Origin: Thermoproteota archaeon
GTDB taxonomy: Archaea; Korarchaeota; Korarchaeia; Korarchaeales; Korarchaeaceae
NCBI GenBank assembly: GCA_027492205.1
Contig: JAOZFN010000007.1
Coordinates: forward strand, 219,278 to 283,277
Direction of reading: 5' to 3'
Length of the DNA stretch: 64,000 nt
Positions 39,845 to 49,899 of the stretch are shown one piece after another; positions within the stretch are counted from its first letter, which is position 1; every line of letters begins with the position of its first letter. The notes under the pieces are model-generated. The model was not told where the DNA came from. It searched no databases and saw only the letters and a list, made by a program, of their open reading frames with translations. The position numbers and the translations under genes are program-made.

Positions 39845-41112
39845 TCACTTAAAGTGGTCGGGTCCTCCCCGCTCGACTCAGGATCCGGGCTCAGCTCCAA
39901 GATCGGCAGAATGGCAAACACCTTCGCGTCCCCGACCAGGTTTTCGATCCTGCAGTACTCGTTGGGCTGGTGGGCGGTCTCGTCGGTTGTCATCCAGACG
40001 GCCGCCTGGAGCCCAGCGGCCCGGAACGCCGCCGCGCACGTGCCCCCGCCTATCCCCATGGGCTTGGCCTCGACACCCCTGGCCAGCCTTATGGCCTCCC
40101 TCAACCTCCTCACGACCTCGGAGTCCGGGTCGGTTGGTGGGGCCGCATCCATCCTAGCGACCGCCTCCACATCTATCCGAGCGCCGTAGGCCGACTCGAA
40201 GGCCTTAGCCACGCTCTTAGCCAGCCTGATCACCTCGTCCAGGTCGTACCTCGGGAGCACGCGGCAGTCGAAGTAGAGGACATCCCTGTCCGGTATCGTG
40301 TTCACGCTCTCGACGTTGGGCTCCCTCTTGGTGGGCTCGAAGGTCGAGGAGGGCGGATCGAATAGGGGGTCGAACTCTCCGAAGACCGCGTGGAGGACCC
40401 TGTCCAGCTGAAGGGCGAGCTCCATCCCTATCCTGTGGGCGTTGAGCCCGCGATTCGGCGTGCTCGCGTGGGTCTGCCTCCCCCTGACCGTGGTCCTGAG
40501 CCAGAGTATCCCCTTCTCGGCCACCTCGATCATGGTCCCGTCAGAGTTGCCAGCGTCGGGTACGACCACCAGGTCGTCCTCGCCAAACAGGCCCTGGGAG
40601 ATCAGGTGTTCGATCCCGTACTTGTTCCCCGTCTCCTCGTCCGACACGATCGCAAGACCTAGCGCGAGGTTGGGCTCTATCCCCTCGTCTATTATCGCTT
40701 TAGCGGCGAACAGGGAGGAGACGATCCCCTGTCCATCGTCCTCCGTCCCCCTGCCGTAGACCTTGCCGTCCCTCACGACCGGCTCGAACGGATCCGTGTC
40801 CCACTGGGAGAGGTCTCCCGGGGGAACCACGTCCATGTGGCTCACGATCCAGAGGGTCTTGTCGGCTTTTCCCGGGATCTTGGCGATCAGGTTCGGCCTG
40901 ATCCCTGAGGGGACCCTGTCGTCCCGAGCGTCGAATCTCTCTATCTCGGGGATTCCTATGTCCCTGAGGAGGCGTTCGACGCGATTAGCCTTCTCCAGCT
41001 CCCCCTCTCCGCCATTCTCCGGACCGATGGCTTCCACTGAGCACAGCTCGACCAGCGCGTCAATCATTGCCCCCCTCATGCGCTCTACCCGTCGCAGGAG
41101 GCTCTCAATCAC
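39820..41112 (-). CDS. M20 family metallo-hydrolase (ArgE/DapE-like)
   Basis: SHMDVVPPGD, YGRGTEDDGQ, DEETG, EVAEKG, HASTP, AHQPNEY. Confidence 0.93.
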   Translation of the reverse strand: MIESLLRRVERMRGAMIDALVELCSVEAIGPENGGEGELEKANRVERLLRDIGIPEIERFDARDDRVPSGIRPNLIAKIPGKADKTLWIVSHMDVVPPGDLSQWDTDPFEPVVRDGKVYGRGTEDDGQGIVSSLFAAKAIIDEGIEPNLALGLAIVSDEETGNKYGIEHLISQGLFGEDDLVVVPDAGNSDGTMIEVAEKGILWLRTTVRGRQTHASTPNRGLNAHRIGMELALQLDRVLHAVFGEFDPLFDPPSSTFEPTKREPNVESVNTIPDRDVLYFDCRVLPRYDLDEVIRLAKSVAKAFESAYGARIDVEAVARMDAAPPTDPDSEVVRRLREAIRLARGVEAKPMGIGGGTCAAAFRAAGLQAAVWMTTDETAHQPNEYCRIENLVGDAKVFAILPILELSPDPESSGEDPTTLSECGGAGFW

Positions 41113-41169
41113 GTGTGGGACAGGGGCGGTGAACTATAACAAAGTTCACCCTCAAAGCCCTCGATGCCC

Positions 41170-42036
41170 CTACCTCAGACCCTTCCGCTTGGCGATCGCG
41201 TCGAGGTGCGAAGTCCAGACGTCGTACAGCTCGGCGGGAATCTGGCCCCCGGCCTCCTCCTCATCGACCACCTTCCAGTACCTCCCGCACCGCTCGCAGA
41301 AGTACAGCCTGAACCTCCTGTCCTCTCCTAGTGTGTAGAAACCGAGCGTCTGACCGTCCTCATTACCGCAAAATGGGCACTTGATCCTCTGGAATGGCCA
41401 CTCCGTCCCGCACACCGAACACTTCAGGTACAGTTTCCTACCCTCGCCCCTCATGTAGCCTACCCTAGTATGGCTCCCGCACACGGGACATCTTCCCTCC
41501 CGCCACCCCTCAAAGCCTATTTCACCCGCGATGGCGGAGGAGAGTGATCTAAGGAGCGTCTGGGCCAGCCAGAGGGAGAGAGTCTCCATTAGGGGGGCCT
41601 CAACACCCAGCCTCTCAGATTCCCTCTCCACCAGCTCGCCGCCTCCTGAGAGGAGACTCTCGGCGAGACCTCGGATGTCAAGCCTCTTGGATTTGATCGC
41701 CCCCTCTACTATGGCTACATGAGACTCTAGGTCCCTTCTATGCCTCCTGATAACCTCCAGGATCTTGAGGGCAATCATCTCCCATGCTGAAGGAGGCAGC
41801 TCTGGCAAATCCACTAGGTCAAGTAGGGACCTTCCCCCTCCGACCCTTCGGGCGGCCTCCCTCACCCTCGGCAAAGTGGGTTCCAGGGCCGGTGAGACCA
41901 CCTCCCGGGCCAACTCCCTCTGAACTGCCAGTATATCGACTAGGAAATCGAGCGCCTCCCTGAGGCGCGGCCTCTCAATTGCTATCCTGTCCGCGGCATA
42001 TTTCACACCCATGTCACGCTTGGACGAGTCGGTCAA
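41170..42036 (-). CDS. fdhE: Formate dehydrogenase accessory protein FdhE
   Basis: CPVCGS, CSVCGTEW...RIKCPFCGN, CERCGRYWK, HLD.IA. Confidence 0.9.
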   Translation of the reverse strand: MTDSSKRDMGVKYAADRIAIERPRLREALDFLVDILAVQRELAREVVSPALEPTLPRVREAARRVGGGRSLLDLVDLPELPPSAWEMIALKILEVIRRHRRDLESHVAIVEGAIKSKRLDIRGLAESLLSGGGELVERESERLGVEAPLMETLSLWLAQTLLRSLSSAIAGEIGFEGWREGRCPVCGSHTRVGYMRGEGRKLYLKCSVCGTEWPFQRIKCPFCGNEDGQTLGFYTLGEDRRFRLYFCERCGRYWKVVDEEEAGGQIPAELYDVWTSHLDAIAKRKGLR

Positions 42037-42103
42037 CCTCCATTCCCCCGGCGAGGAACTCTGGGCCTAGGCGGGGGCGAGTTAAAAAGTGGGGAGGGGG
42101 GCT

Positions 42104-42982
42104 TTATGCCACCTGGCCTGCATAGAGCACTGCATATCTGAGGATGTAGCCCCCAATCAGCACTAGGGCCGCGGTTGTCAGTACCAGCGCTGGGCTGGGG
42201 GCCTTTTCTGGCGTCCTGAGCGAGATTGCCGGGAGGAGTATCTCTCCGATGATCAGACCTACTGCCACGAATCCCAGCCAGAACAGGACCCCGTTCACGC
42301 TGGTTAGAGACGCTATTGCCCCCCTAGCAGGCGTCGGGATTGTCGCGACGTAGAGCAGTGCGACCAAGAGCTCTATCACCCCGACGATCAACTCCACCTT
42401 GGACAGGCCTGCCGGGCTCAGCCCGACATCCTCGCCAGTACGGTGTACCAGGTACATGAGGACGGCGTATCCCGTCGCGATCCCCGACACGGTGAAGAGA
42501 ACGGGGAGGGCCCAAGGCCTCCAGAGAGATTGCCTGGAGAACCCCAAGAGTATTCCCGTGTAGGCCGCCGTCATCAGGCCGAACATGGATCCTAGAGCTC
42601 CCAAGAGGTCCTTGATTCGGTTGAGGGCGGACCTAAGGGGTTTAAGTGGCTCTCCTCCAAAGTCGGAGAGTCCGAGCCAGTAGGCCAGCCCCAGCACCGT
42701 GAATATCACTATTACCCAGGCGCCCCAGGCCATGGGAGACTCCATGTGAGGCGCCAGCATTATCCTGAAGGCGTGTTCAGGCCTCCCCAGGTCGGCCAGA
42801 AGGAGGATGAGTCCGATAGCCATTGAGACCCAAGAGACCAGCGCGCCGAGCTTTGATGTGCGCCTGATCCCTCCGCGAGTGATCGCGTCAAGGGCTGCGG
42901 TCGAAGCGAAGAGGCCGCCAGCGAGCCCCCCGAGGAACAGGTACGTCGCTATCAGTATTCCCCACTCTACCATCGCAGTCAC
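42104..42982 (-). CDS. NrfD/PsrC family membrane anchor of formate dehydrogenase
   Basis: WG.LIATYLFLGGLAGG, DLGRPE, SPMAWG, YTGILL, LRY. Confidence 0.9.
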   Translation of the reverse strand: MTAMVEWGILIATYLFLGGLAGGLFASTAALDAITRGGIRRTSKLGALVSWVSMAIGLILLLADLGRPEHAFRIMLAPHMESPMAWGAWVIVIFTVLGLAYWLGLSDFGGEPLKPLRSALNRIKDLLGALGSMFGLMTAAYTGILLGFSRQSLWRPWALPVLFTVSGIATGYAVLMYLVHRTGEDVGLSPAGLSKVELIVGVIELLVALLYVATIPTPARGAIASLTSVNGVLFWLGFVAVGLIIGEILLPAISLRTPEKAPSPALVLTTAALVLIGGYILRYAVLYAGQVA

Positions 42983-43734
42983 CTCACCTTGACTTCCTGG
43001 GCTGCCGGGGCAGCCTTACCCCTCGAGACCCCCCAAGCGGCCAGTCCGGCCACAGCAGCCATGGCCAGAGCCAAGAGGCCCTTGTCTATCCTCTCCCGCG
43101 GAGTCTCGGGCCCAAGCCTCGGTAGGCCGGCGTCGGACGGTGCAGTCTCCTTCGGGAAGACGTAGATCCAGGAGGTCCCTCCTCCCTCCTCGAGCCCGTA
43201 GACCGGATGCCCCTTCGCCCTGTACTCCTCCGCCCTGGCCCTGATCTCGTCCAGGCTTCCGAAGATTAAGGCATCCGTGGGGCAGGCGGCGACGCACGCC
43301 GGCTCGAGGCCCTCCCTGACCCTGTCCGCGCAGAAGGTGCACTTCCTTATCGTCTTGTCCAGCGGGTCAAAGTGGGGGACGCCGTACGGACACGCCTCGA
43401 CGCAGTATCTGCACCCAATGCACTTCTTGGAGTCCCAGAGCACTATTCCGTCCTTATCTTTGTGGAGCGCCCCCGTGGGGCAGGCGGCGACGCACGCCGG
43501 CTCGACGCAGTGCATGCACTGCCTCTTCACAAAGTACCATCTGAGGCCATCGCCCTCTCCCATCTCGACGAACCTGACCACAGTCCAGACGTTTGAGGTG
43601 AGGTCTGGCGGGTTTGTGTAGTCTGGAGAGAACTCTGTCGACTCAGCCTCGGTACCATTCCAGACGTGACAGGCTACCTGACAGGCCCGACACCCTATGC
43701 ACCTGTCTACGACTACGAGGACCCCGTATTCCAT
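42979..43734 (-). CDS. Formate dehydrogenase Fe-S (beta) subunit with C-terminal TM
   Basis: CIGCRACQVAC, CMHCVEPACVAACP, CIGCRYCVEACP, KCTFCADR..PACVAACP; ATG 43734. Confidence 0.92.
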   Translation of the reverse strand: MEYGVLVVVDRCIGCRACQVACHVWNGTEAESTEFSPDYTNPPDLTSNVWTVVRFVEMGEGDGLRWYFVKRQCMHCVEPACVAACPTGALHKDKDGIVLWDSKKCIGCRYCVEACPYGVPHFDPLDKTIRKCTFCADRVREGLEPACVAACPTDALIFGSLDEIRARAEEYRAKGHPVYGLEEGGGTSWIYVFPKETAPSDAGLPRLGPETPRERIDKGLLALAMAAVAGLAAWGVSRGKAAPAAQEVKVR

Positions 43735-43739
43735 CACGA

Positions 43740-46700
43740 TCACCTCCTCCTGCTCGGAGCAGCCCAGGAGGTCGGCTCTCCCTCCGCCCTGTAGTCGTAG
43801 TCTGCCGGAGATGCCTTGCGGATGTACGCCAGGAACGTCTTTGTCTCCTGCATTGTGGTCACGGTGTCCATGTAGATCCCGGAGACCGTGTTGACGACGG
43901 CGAAGGTGCTGTGAGCTCCGGCCCAGCCCCAGTGCCAGGGCAGGTTCACGACGTAGCACTCCCTGCCATCAGGGCCGATCGCCATCTTGGGAACTCTATT
44001 GGTCACCATGGCCCTGAGGAAGATCCTGTTCCTGTTGTTTCCCACCTCCACTATGTCCCCGCTCTTTATCCCCAGGGAATCTGCCAGGGGCTTGGGAATC
44101 TCTACAAAGGGCTCTGGGAAGAGTTCTGCCAGCAGGGGAAGGTTTCTAGTCAGTTGACCCGTGTGGAAGTGCTCGGTGAGCCTGTTCGTGGTCGCGGTCA
44201 CCACGACCGCGCCCTCGGGGACGTGCATCTCCTCGGGAGTGAGGTTCACCGTGTCCGCCAGCTCTCTGAAGTCCTCCTTGGGCGGACTGATCAGGTTGAA
44301 GTTCTCGCCCCTTCTCCAGGCCATAGACGGATACTTCACGGCGAGTTCCTTGCATATGGACTCGGCTGGCTCATAGTGGATAGGGTACCTCATGTCCCAC
44401 GCCCAGATCTCGCTTGGGTTGTCCGGGCTGGGATATGCGTACCACTCCCCGTACCTCCTCTTCATCTCGATAATGGCCCCCTTGAGGCCCATCTGATCGG
44501 CCAGCTGAGCCAATTCACTAGTGAATGCGTCTCTAACCCTCCTCCAGTCGTAGAATCCGACGTACTTAACCACCCTGCCGTCGCCGAGGTCCTTGGTTCC
44601 CTTGAAGTAGGGCTTCTTGTAGTTCGCCTTCCCGGCCATGACGACCTCCTGGTCGTAGTAGAAGCTCTCACAGAGCGGACAGACGATGCCCAGCTCGTCA
44701 GCCGTCTTGATCTCGTAGCCCCCGTCCTCGTGGAAGAAGACGAACTTTCCAACCACCCTCCCGCTGAGCAGAGACCTCGGGTCAACCGCCCCGGTGAAGA
44801 CGTCGGCCACCCCGCTCCAGGCTCTCTTGTAGAACTTCCCTACCACGAAGTTGTGACCGGGTATGAAGGCTGGGCGCCACTCGCCGGAAACGGCATCCCT
44901 GATCTCCCCGGTCTCCCCCGTCACCTCTACGGTCTTTCCATCCAGCTCCGGCCCAACAGCGTACTTACCCGATGGGAACTCATAGGTGACCCTTCTACCG
45001 AGGGTCTTCGAGAGGGTCCAGAGGTTATAGAGGATCCTCACGTTCTTGGGCCAGCTCCACCCCCAATCCTTGTGCATGAGATATGTCCTGTCCAGGATTC
45101 CGTCGATGTCAGATTCTCCCCTCAGGAAGGCGATCCTCCTCTTGGCAAGCGGCCTGCGGTCCACCCAGTCGTACATCCCGTTGTAGAGGTCGACGGCCAA
45201 GTCTATCTCCCGGTAGACGAGCTCAGGATCGACCTCTGAGTAGTCCTCGTCCGGCAGCCTGCCGGTGTAGTAGTCCATGAACGGAGATATCTTCCTCTCG
45301 TACAGCTGGACGAACTCGCCCTCTCTGTAGGGGTTTCGAATGAGGACCCTCTCCCTGTACTTTCCGTAGACCTGACTCGGTAGTCTCACCGCCCCCTCAG
45401 CCTTCAGGGCCTCCCAGAGCCTCGTCATTATCCAGAGGTCCGGCTTAGCATCACCCGGCGGGCTTGCGACCCTGTCCTGCCACTGTATCCACCTACTGCT
45501 GTTTGTAATGCTGCCGTACTTCTCGTATTGAACCGCGCCGGGCAGAAGGACGTCTGCAAACGTGGCGGTCTCGGTCTCCCAGAGGTCCACCACTACCAGC
45601 AGCTTCAGGGAGGCCAGGGCCATGTACTCGGTCAGGGTGTCCGCGTTGCTCACGGCCGGGTTCTCGGCCATGATTATGGCGGCCTTGATCACGTCGTCGA
45701 ACAGGGCGCCCTGCCACCATGTGTTCTCGGTGTAGCCGGCGCCGAACGGGAAGTCGCTTATCACCGTGCCATTTTGCGGGTCATCCTCCGGATCAGTCCC
45801 GACGAAGATGCCCCAGGTCAGCTCGAACCTCCTCCAGTTGTGGAACCACCAGCTCCAGAGGATCTTCGTGGAGTTTACCTTCCCCCTCTCGTTGGGACCG
45901 AACGCCGAGCCGGCCCACTCGGGTATCTCCCAGTTCCAGGCGTCCGGGAACCCCTGGTTCTTCCAGTCCTGGTACACCCGGATTTGGAGGGTACTGGACG
46001 GCTGCTTGATGTAGCCGGGGAGGATGTGCGACAGAATACAGAGGTCTGTGGTCCCTTGGACGTTGCTGTGCCCCCTGTACGGGTTCAGCCCTCCACCTGG
46101 GAATCCCATGTTTCCAAGTGTGAGCTGGATCAGCGCACTCATCCTCGTTATCTGCGTTCCTATGTGATGCTGAGTCTGCCCCATGGCCCATTGGATTGAA
46201 GCGAACTTCTGGAAGTTCGTTGTCACCCCGGAGTTCTCGACATAAGTCTGCGCGATCAGCCTGAGCTTGTCAGGGGGGATCCCTGTTATTTTGGAGACCT
46301 CCTCGGCCGTGTAGTCTTTGGCTATCTCCTTGAACTCCGCGATCTCATCGATGTCAACATTGAACCTCTCGACGAACTCTCTGAACGTGTTCAGCTGATC
46401 AACCGGTGGATTTCTCTCCCAAAAGGCATAGTGGAGGATGTAGAGGAGGAAGGCCAGGTCACTCCCTGGCCGGAAGAACGCGAATATGTCAGACTTGCTG
46501 GCCGTCCTGTTGTACCTCGGGTCCACCACAACCAGCTTCAGGCCCCTCTCCTCCCTTCCCCTCAGCGTGTGCCTCATGCTAACAGGGTGGTTCTCCGCCG
46601 GGTTCCCCCCGAATATCAGGTAAACCGCGGGAAACTGCGTGTCAATGAAATGCTGGGTCTGGGCGCCGAACCCCACGGTCCCCGCCAGGCCCGCCACGGT

Positions 46701-47387
46701 AGTCGAGTGGCATCTCCTAGCGTCGTGGTCTATGTTGTAACTCCCCATCATAGTGGCCATCTTCTTGATCAGATAGGCCTCTTCGTTGGTCAATTTGGCC
46801 CCAGCTTCTATCATAACGGGAAATTGCTTCCCGTTGTAGTAGAAGCCATCCTCCTGCCGCGGATCCAATCCAGCCTCGTCTATTATCTCCTTGATCTTCC
46901 TAGCAACAAAGGAGATGGCTTCATCCCAGGTTACTGGCTTCCAGACTGGCTTGTATTTCTCAATAATCTTCCTCAGATCGGCCTGGTTCCTAACAGCCTT
47001 CAGCTCATCGACCGTCGGCTTAGGGTTGACCCTTATCATAGGAGTCTTGATGCGCCTGGGGTTGTACTCCCCAAATAGCTGGATTGATGCCTTACCTTTG
47101 GGGCACAGCTTGCCCTCGTTGATGGGGTTATCAGGGTCTCCCTCTACGTAGACGACGCTGTCTCCGACCTTGTAGAATATGATGCCGCATCCAACCGCGC
47201 AGTAGGCGCACACCCCCCTGACGGTCCTCGTCAGGCGAAGGTCCTTTTCCATGGCCCTTATCTCTTCCTGGCTTGGAGAGGCGATCGCCAGGACCAGCTT
47301 GGAGGAGTCGCCAAGCAGCAGGGGAACCGAAGAGAGGCCAAGCACCTTAAGGAAGTCTCTCCTCTTGACGACAACGGACTCTGTCAA
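43740..47387 (-). CDS. Tat-exported Mo/W-bisPGD formate dehydrogenase alpha subunit (FdnG/FdoG type, Cys ligand)
   Basis: KRRDFLK Tat motif; CAYCAVGCG..LCPKG; ARRCHSTTV; NPAENHP; RGHSNVQG; RLTEHFHTG. Confidence 0.93.
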   Translation of the reverse strand: MTESVVVKRRDFLKVLGLSSVPLLLGDSSKLVLAIASPSQEEIRAMEKDLRLTRTVRGVCAYCAVGCGIIFYKVGDSVVYVEGDPDNPINEGKLCPKGKASIQLFGEYNPRRIKTPMIRVNPKPTVDELKAVRNQADLRKIIEKYKPVWKPVTWDEAISFVARKIKEIIDEAGLDPRQEDGFYYNGKQFPVMIEAGAKLTNEEAYLIKKMATMMGSYNIDHDARRCHSTTVAGLAGTVGFGAQTQHFIDTQFPAVYLIFGGNPAENHPVSMRHTLRGREERGLKLVVVDPRYNRTASKSDIFAFFRPGSDLAFLLYILHYAFWERNPPVDQLNTFREFVERFNVDIDEIAEFKEIAKDYTAEEVSKITGIPPDKLRLIAQTYVENSGVTTNFQKFASIQWAMGQTQHHIGTQITRMSALIQLTLGNMGFPGGGLNPYRGHSNVQGTTDLCILSHILPGYIKQPSSTLQIRVYQDWKNQGFPDAWNWEIPEWAGSAFGPNERGKVNSTKILWSWWFHNWRRFELTWGIFVGTDPEDDPQNGTVISDFPFGAGYTENTWWQGALFDDVIKAAIIMAENPAVSNADTLTEYMALASLKLLVVVDLWETETATFADVLLPGAVQYEKYGSITNSSRWIQWQDRVASPPGDAKPDLWIMTRLWEALKAEGAVRLPSQVYGKYRERVLIRNPYREGEFVQLYERKISPFMDYYTGRLPDEDYSEVDPELVYREIDLAVDLYNGMYDWVDRRPLAKRRIAFLRGESDIDGILDRTYLMHKDWGWSWPKNVRILYNLWTLSKTLGRRVTYEFPSGKYAVGPELDGKTVEVTGETGEIRDAVSGEWRPAFIPGHNFVVGKFYKRAWSGVADVFTGAVDPRSLLSGRVVGKFVFFHEDGGYEIKTADELGIVCPLCESFYYDQEVVMAGKANYKKPYFKGTKDLGDGRVVKYVGFYDWRRVRDAFTSELAQLADQMGLKGAIIEMKRRYGEWYAYPSPDNPSEIWAWDMRYPIHYEPAESICKELAVKYPSMAWRRGENFNLISPPKEDFRELADTVNLTPEEMHVPEGAVVVTATTNRLTEHFHTGQLTRNLPLLAELFPEPFVEIPKPLADSLGIKSGDIVEVGNNRNRIFLRAMVTNRVPKMAIGPDGRECYVVNLPWHWGWAGAHSTFAVVNTVSGIYMDTVTTMQETKTFLAYIRKASPADYDYRAEGEPTSWAAPSRRR

Positions 47388-47574
47388 GAGACACCACCAC
47401 CTATTTCCCGATGGGTGTATGCCACACCCCTGGCATCAAGATAAGCTTTGCCGAAAAACGGAGTTAATTACAAATTTCTGCACGTATACGGGAAGTATCA
47501 TCATAAAATAAAAAAAATAAACGCCAGATGAAAGCGATTAAGTCAAAAATTATTGTAATACATCTAAAAGATAT

Positions 47575-47586
47575 ATTGTATACAAT
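47575..47586. promoter_or_regulatory. ATTGTATACAAT palindrome in AT-rich fdh upstream region
   Basis: Perfect 12-bp palindrome nested within CATCT(47561)...AGATG(47596). Confidence 0.4.
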
Positions 47587-47678
47587 TTTTCAGATGAAGA
47601 GAATGTAGAATTATTAATCCCACTAAGCCAGTCAATTGAGGGTTTTATAGTTACCCATGCCCACGCCTACGCTAGAAT

Positions 47679-47819
47679 ATGAGCGAAGAGGCGAACTTTG
47701 CCGAGGAGGTCCCGGAGGACCTCTTTGCCCTAGAGGAGATGCTGTATCCGGAAATATCCAAATGTAGGGGGAAGGGTAGGAAGAAAAGGGACAAGTTCAG
47801 CGTCAGAGGGAAGGAGTGA
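47679..47819 (+). CDS. Unannotated 46-aa small protein
   Basis: MSEEANFAEEVPEDLFALEEMLYPEISKCRGKGRKKRDKFSVRGKE*; TTTTATAG box at 47643-50. Confidence 0.45.
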   Translation: MSEEANFAEEVPEDLFALEEMLYPEISKCRGKGRKKRDKFSVRGKE

Positions 47820-48576
47820 GTCTCTCGGGGGCGCTGTAGACATTGAACCTGTTCCCCCTGGCGAAGCCTATGAGGGTCAGGTTGAACCTCCTGGCTACCT
47901 CGACGGCAGCCAGAGTCGGCGCCGACTTCGACACCAGGACTCTCACCCCGGACCTGAGGGCCTTCAGCGTCATCTCCAAGGTCAGCCGTCCAGATACGGC
48001 GAGGACCAGATCTCCGATGGGTGTTCTGGTCATCACAGCCCTCCCTACAACTTTGTCCACCGCGTTGTGCCTGCCGACATCTTCGTACACGAACAGCGGA
48101 TCTCCGAGGGGGTTGAAGGCCCCCGCCACGTGCGTGGCGCCGGTTCCCCTGTGAAGCTCGGTTCCCCTCGTTATGATCTGAGACACCCTCACCACGGCTT
48201 CAGGGAATATGATCGGGCCTTCGGAGGGGTCAAAAGGCCCGACCCCCTCCGGAAAGGCCGCGGAGGCGGCTCCTCCGCTCGAGACCGTAGTCGACTGGGA
48301 GCCGGGTGCATGTCTGGCCTGAGCCTGGACCTCCACCCTGGCGCCGCGGCTTCTCCACGCCATCACCCCCTCCGGAGCCGAGAACCCCCCTGAGACCACG
48401 TATCCAACTCCCAACTCTGTGAGGTCGCTGGGGAGCGCCTGGAGCCTCGCGAGAAACTCGCCGTTGAGGTAGATCTCGACCGGGACCTCCACCACGACCA
48501 CATCCTCGACCTCAGAGAACTCTCCCCGAGACCAGCGGAGTATCTCGACGCCTTCCACGCAGCAGAGGAGTGACAC
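47803..48576 (-). CDS. fdhD: Formate dehydrogenase sulfurtransferase FdhD
   Basis: TGATH.A, EDVGRHNAVDKVVG, SGRL..EM, SAPT.AAV, GFARG. Confidence 0.93.
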   Translation of the reverse strand: MSLLCCVEGVEILRWSRGEFSEVEDVVVVEVPVEIYLNGEFLARLQALPSDLTELGVGYVVSGGFSAPEGVMAWRSRGARVEVQAQARHAPGSQSTTVSSGGAASAAFPEGVGPFDPSEGPIIFPEAVVRVSQIITRGTELHRGTGATHVAGAFNPLGDPLFVYEDVGRHNAVDKVVGRAVMTRTPIGDLVLAVSGRLTLEMTLKALRSGVRVLVSKSAPTLAAVEVARRFNLTLIGFARGNRFNVYSAPERLTPSL

Positions 48577-48620
48577 GGAGGACCGGCCTCGGTGGGGGAA
48601 ATAAGGGAATCGATTCCCCC

Positions 48621-49661
48621 TCAGCAGATGCGTGGAACCGGAACGCCCGAGGGGGGCTCCAGTATCCTGAGGCCGCCCGCTACGGTCTTGATCAGCACCA
48701 GACCGCCGTACCTCTCGGATGATCGCGCCTCGCCTATTATCTGGGCGTCCCGCTCACCGAGATCCCGGATGAACTCCAGTATCTCGTCCGCCGACTCCGG
48801 GTCGACCGCGAGCAGGGCCCTACCCTCGCACGCCAGGGAGAGTGGGTCGACCCCCAAGAGCTCCGTGTAAGCCCGGACCTCCTCCCTAACCGGAATGCTC
48901 GCCTCGTCGACCACCAGCACGAGGCCGGTCTTGGAGGCCCACTCGTTCAGGGACTGGGACAGACCTCCCCTGGTCGGGTCCTGGGCCGCCCGAATGCGGT
49001 CTCCGTACTCCCGCAAGAGGGGGATCATCAGGCTTGTCAGCGGCCTCGAGTCGCTCGAAAGCCCCTGGGACTCCACGTCTACCCCCCGCTGGGCGGCGAG
49101 TATGGCCGCGCCGTGCTCGCCAACGCTCCCCGTCACGATCAACTTGTCTCCCGGCTTGATCCGCGAATCGACGATCAGCCTCTCCGCCACCCCGACGCCG
49201 GCCGTGGTCATGACGACGCCGTCGACGTTCCCGCGCGGCATGACCTTGAAGTCACCCCCGACCAGCTTGACGCCCTCGCCCCTGAGGGTGGAAACCAGCG
49301 AGCCCACGATCCTCCTCAGGTCTTCCATGGGGAAGCCCTCCTCCACGACGATCGCGTCGAGCATCGCGATCGGCCTGGCCCCCATCATAAGCAGGTCGTT
49401 GATCGTCCCCGCCGCCGCGAGCTCGCCTATGTTTCCTCCCGGGAAGAAGGGTGGCTTGACCGTGTAGGAGTCGGCGGTGAAGACCAGGTGCCTCCCGTCC
49501 GGCAGAGGGATGGAGGCCCCGTCGTCCAGCTCGTCCGTGCCCACGCCGCCCTCGACCCTCTTCATGTCCTCCTCGAGGAGGGAGACGATGACCTCCCGGA
49601 TTAGAGCAGAGGTCTCCCGCCCTCCGGCCCCGTGAGCGAGCTTGACTGCCTCCCCAGTCAA
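48621..49661 (-). CDS. hypE: Hydrogenase maturation protein HypE
   Basis: LAHGAGG, DSYTVKP.FFPGGNIG, DPTRGG, C-terminal PRIC. Confidence 0.97.
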   Translation of the reverse strand: MTGEAVKLAHGAGGRETSALIREVIVSLLEEDMKRVEGGVGTDELDDGASIPLPDGRHLVFTADSYTVKPPFFPGGNIGELAAAGTINDLLMMGARPIAMLDAIVVEEGFPMEDLRRIVGSLVSTLRGEGVKLVGGDFKVMPRGNVDGVVMTTAGVGVAERLIVDSRIKPGDKLIVTGSVGEHGAAILAAQRGVDVESQGLSSDSRPLTSLMIPLLREYGDRIRAAQDPTRGGLSQSLNEWASKTGLVLVVDEASIPVREEVRAYTELLGVDPLSLACEGRALLAVDPESADEILEFIRDLGERDAQIIGEARSSERYGGLVLIKTVAGGLRILEPPSGVPVPRIC

Positions 49662-49894
49662 CTGAACACCCCCTGCTCCTCCATCGCCTGTAGGATCTCG
49701 TTCCAGATCCTTATCGTCTCCTCCGCCTCCTCCTGACTTATCTTGGATATCACTATCCCAGCGTGGACCAGCACGTAGTCTCCGGGAGAGACGTCCTCCA
49801 GGGAAGCGTCCACCTCCCTCTTGACCCCGCCAAAGTCCACCACGGCCACCCTGCCCCTAACCTCTACGACTCTCCCCGGTATCCCCAGGCACAA
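49658..49894 (-). CDS. hypC: Hydrogenase maturation chaperone HypC
   Basis: (M)CLGIPGRV...GDYVLVHAG; TTG start at 49894. Confidence 0.95.
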   Translation of the reverse strand: MCLGIPGRVVEVRGRVAVVDFGGVKREVDASLEDVSPGDYVLVHAGIVISKISQEEAEETIRIWNEILQAMEEQGVFS

Positions 49895-49899
49895 CCCGA

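Noticed and set aside
43614-45239. Long antisense ORFs (541 aa here; also 53773-55086, 13614-14570)
   Set aside because: Shadow frames of GC-rich genes with strong codon bias; no recognisable motifs
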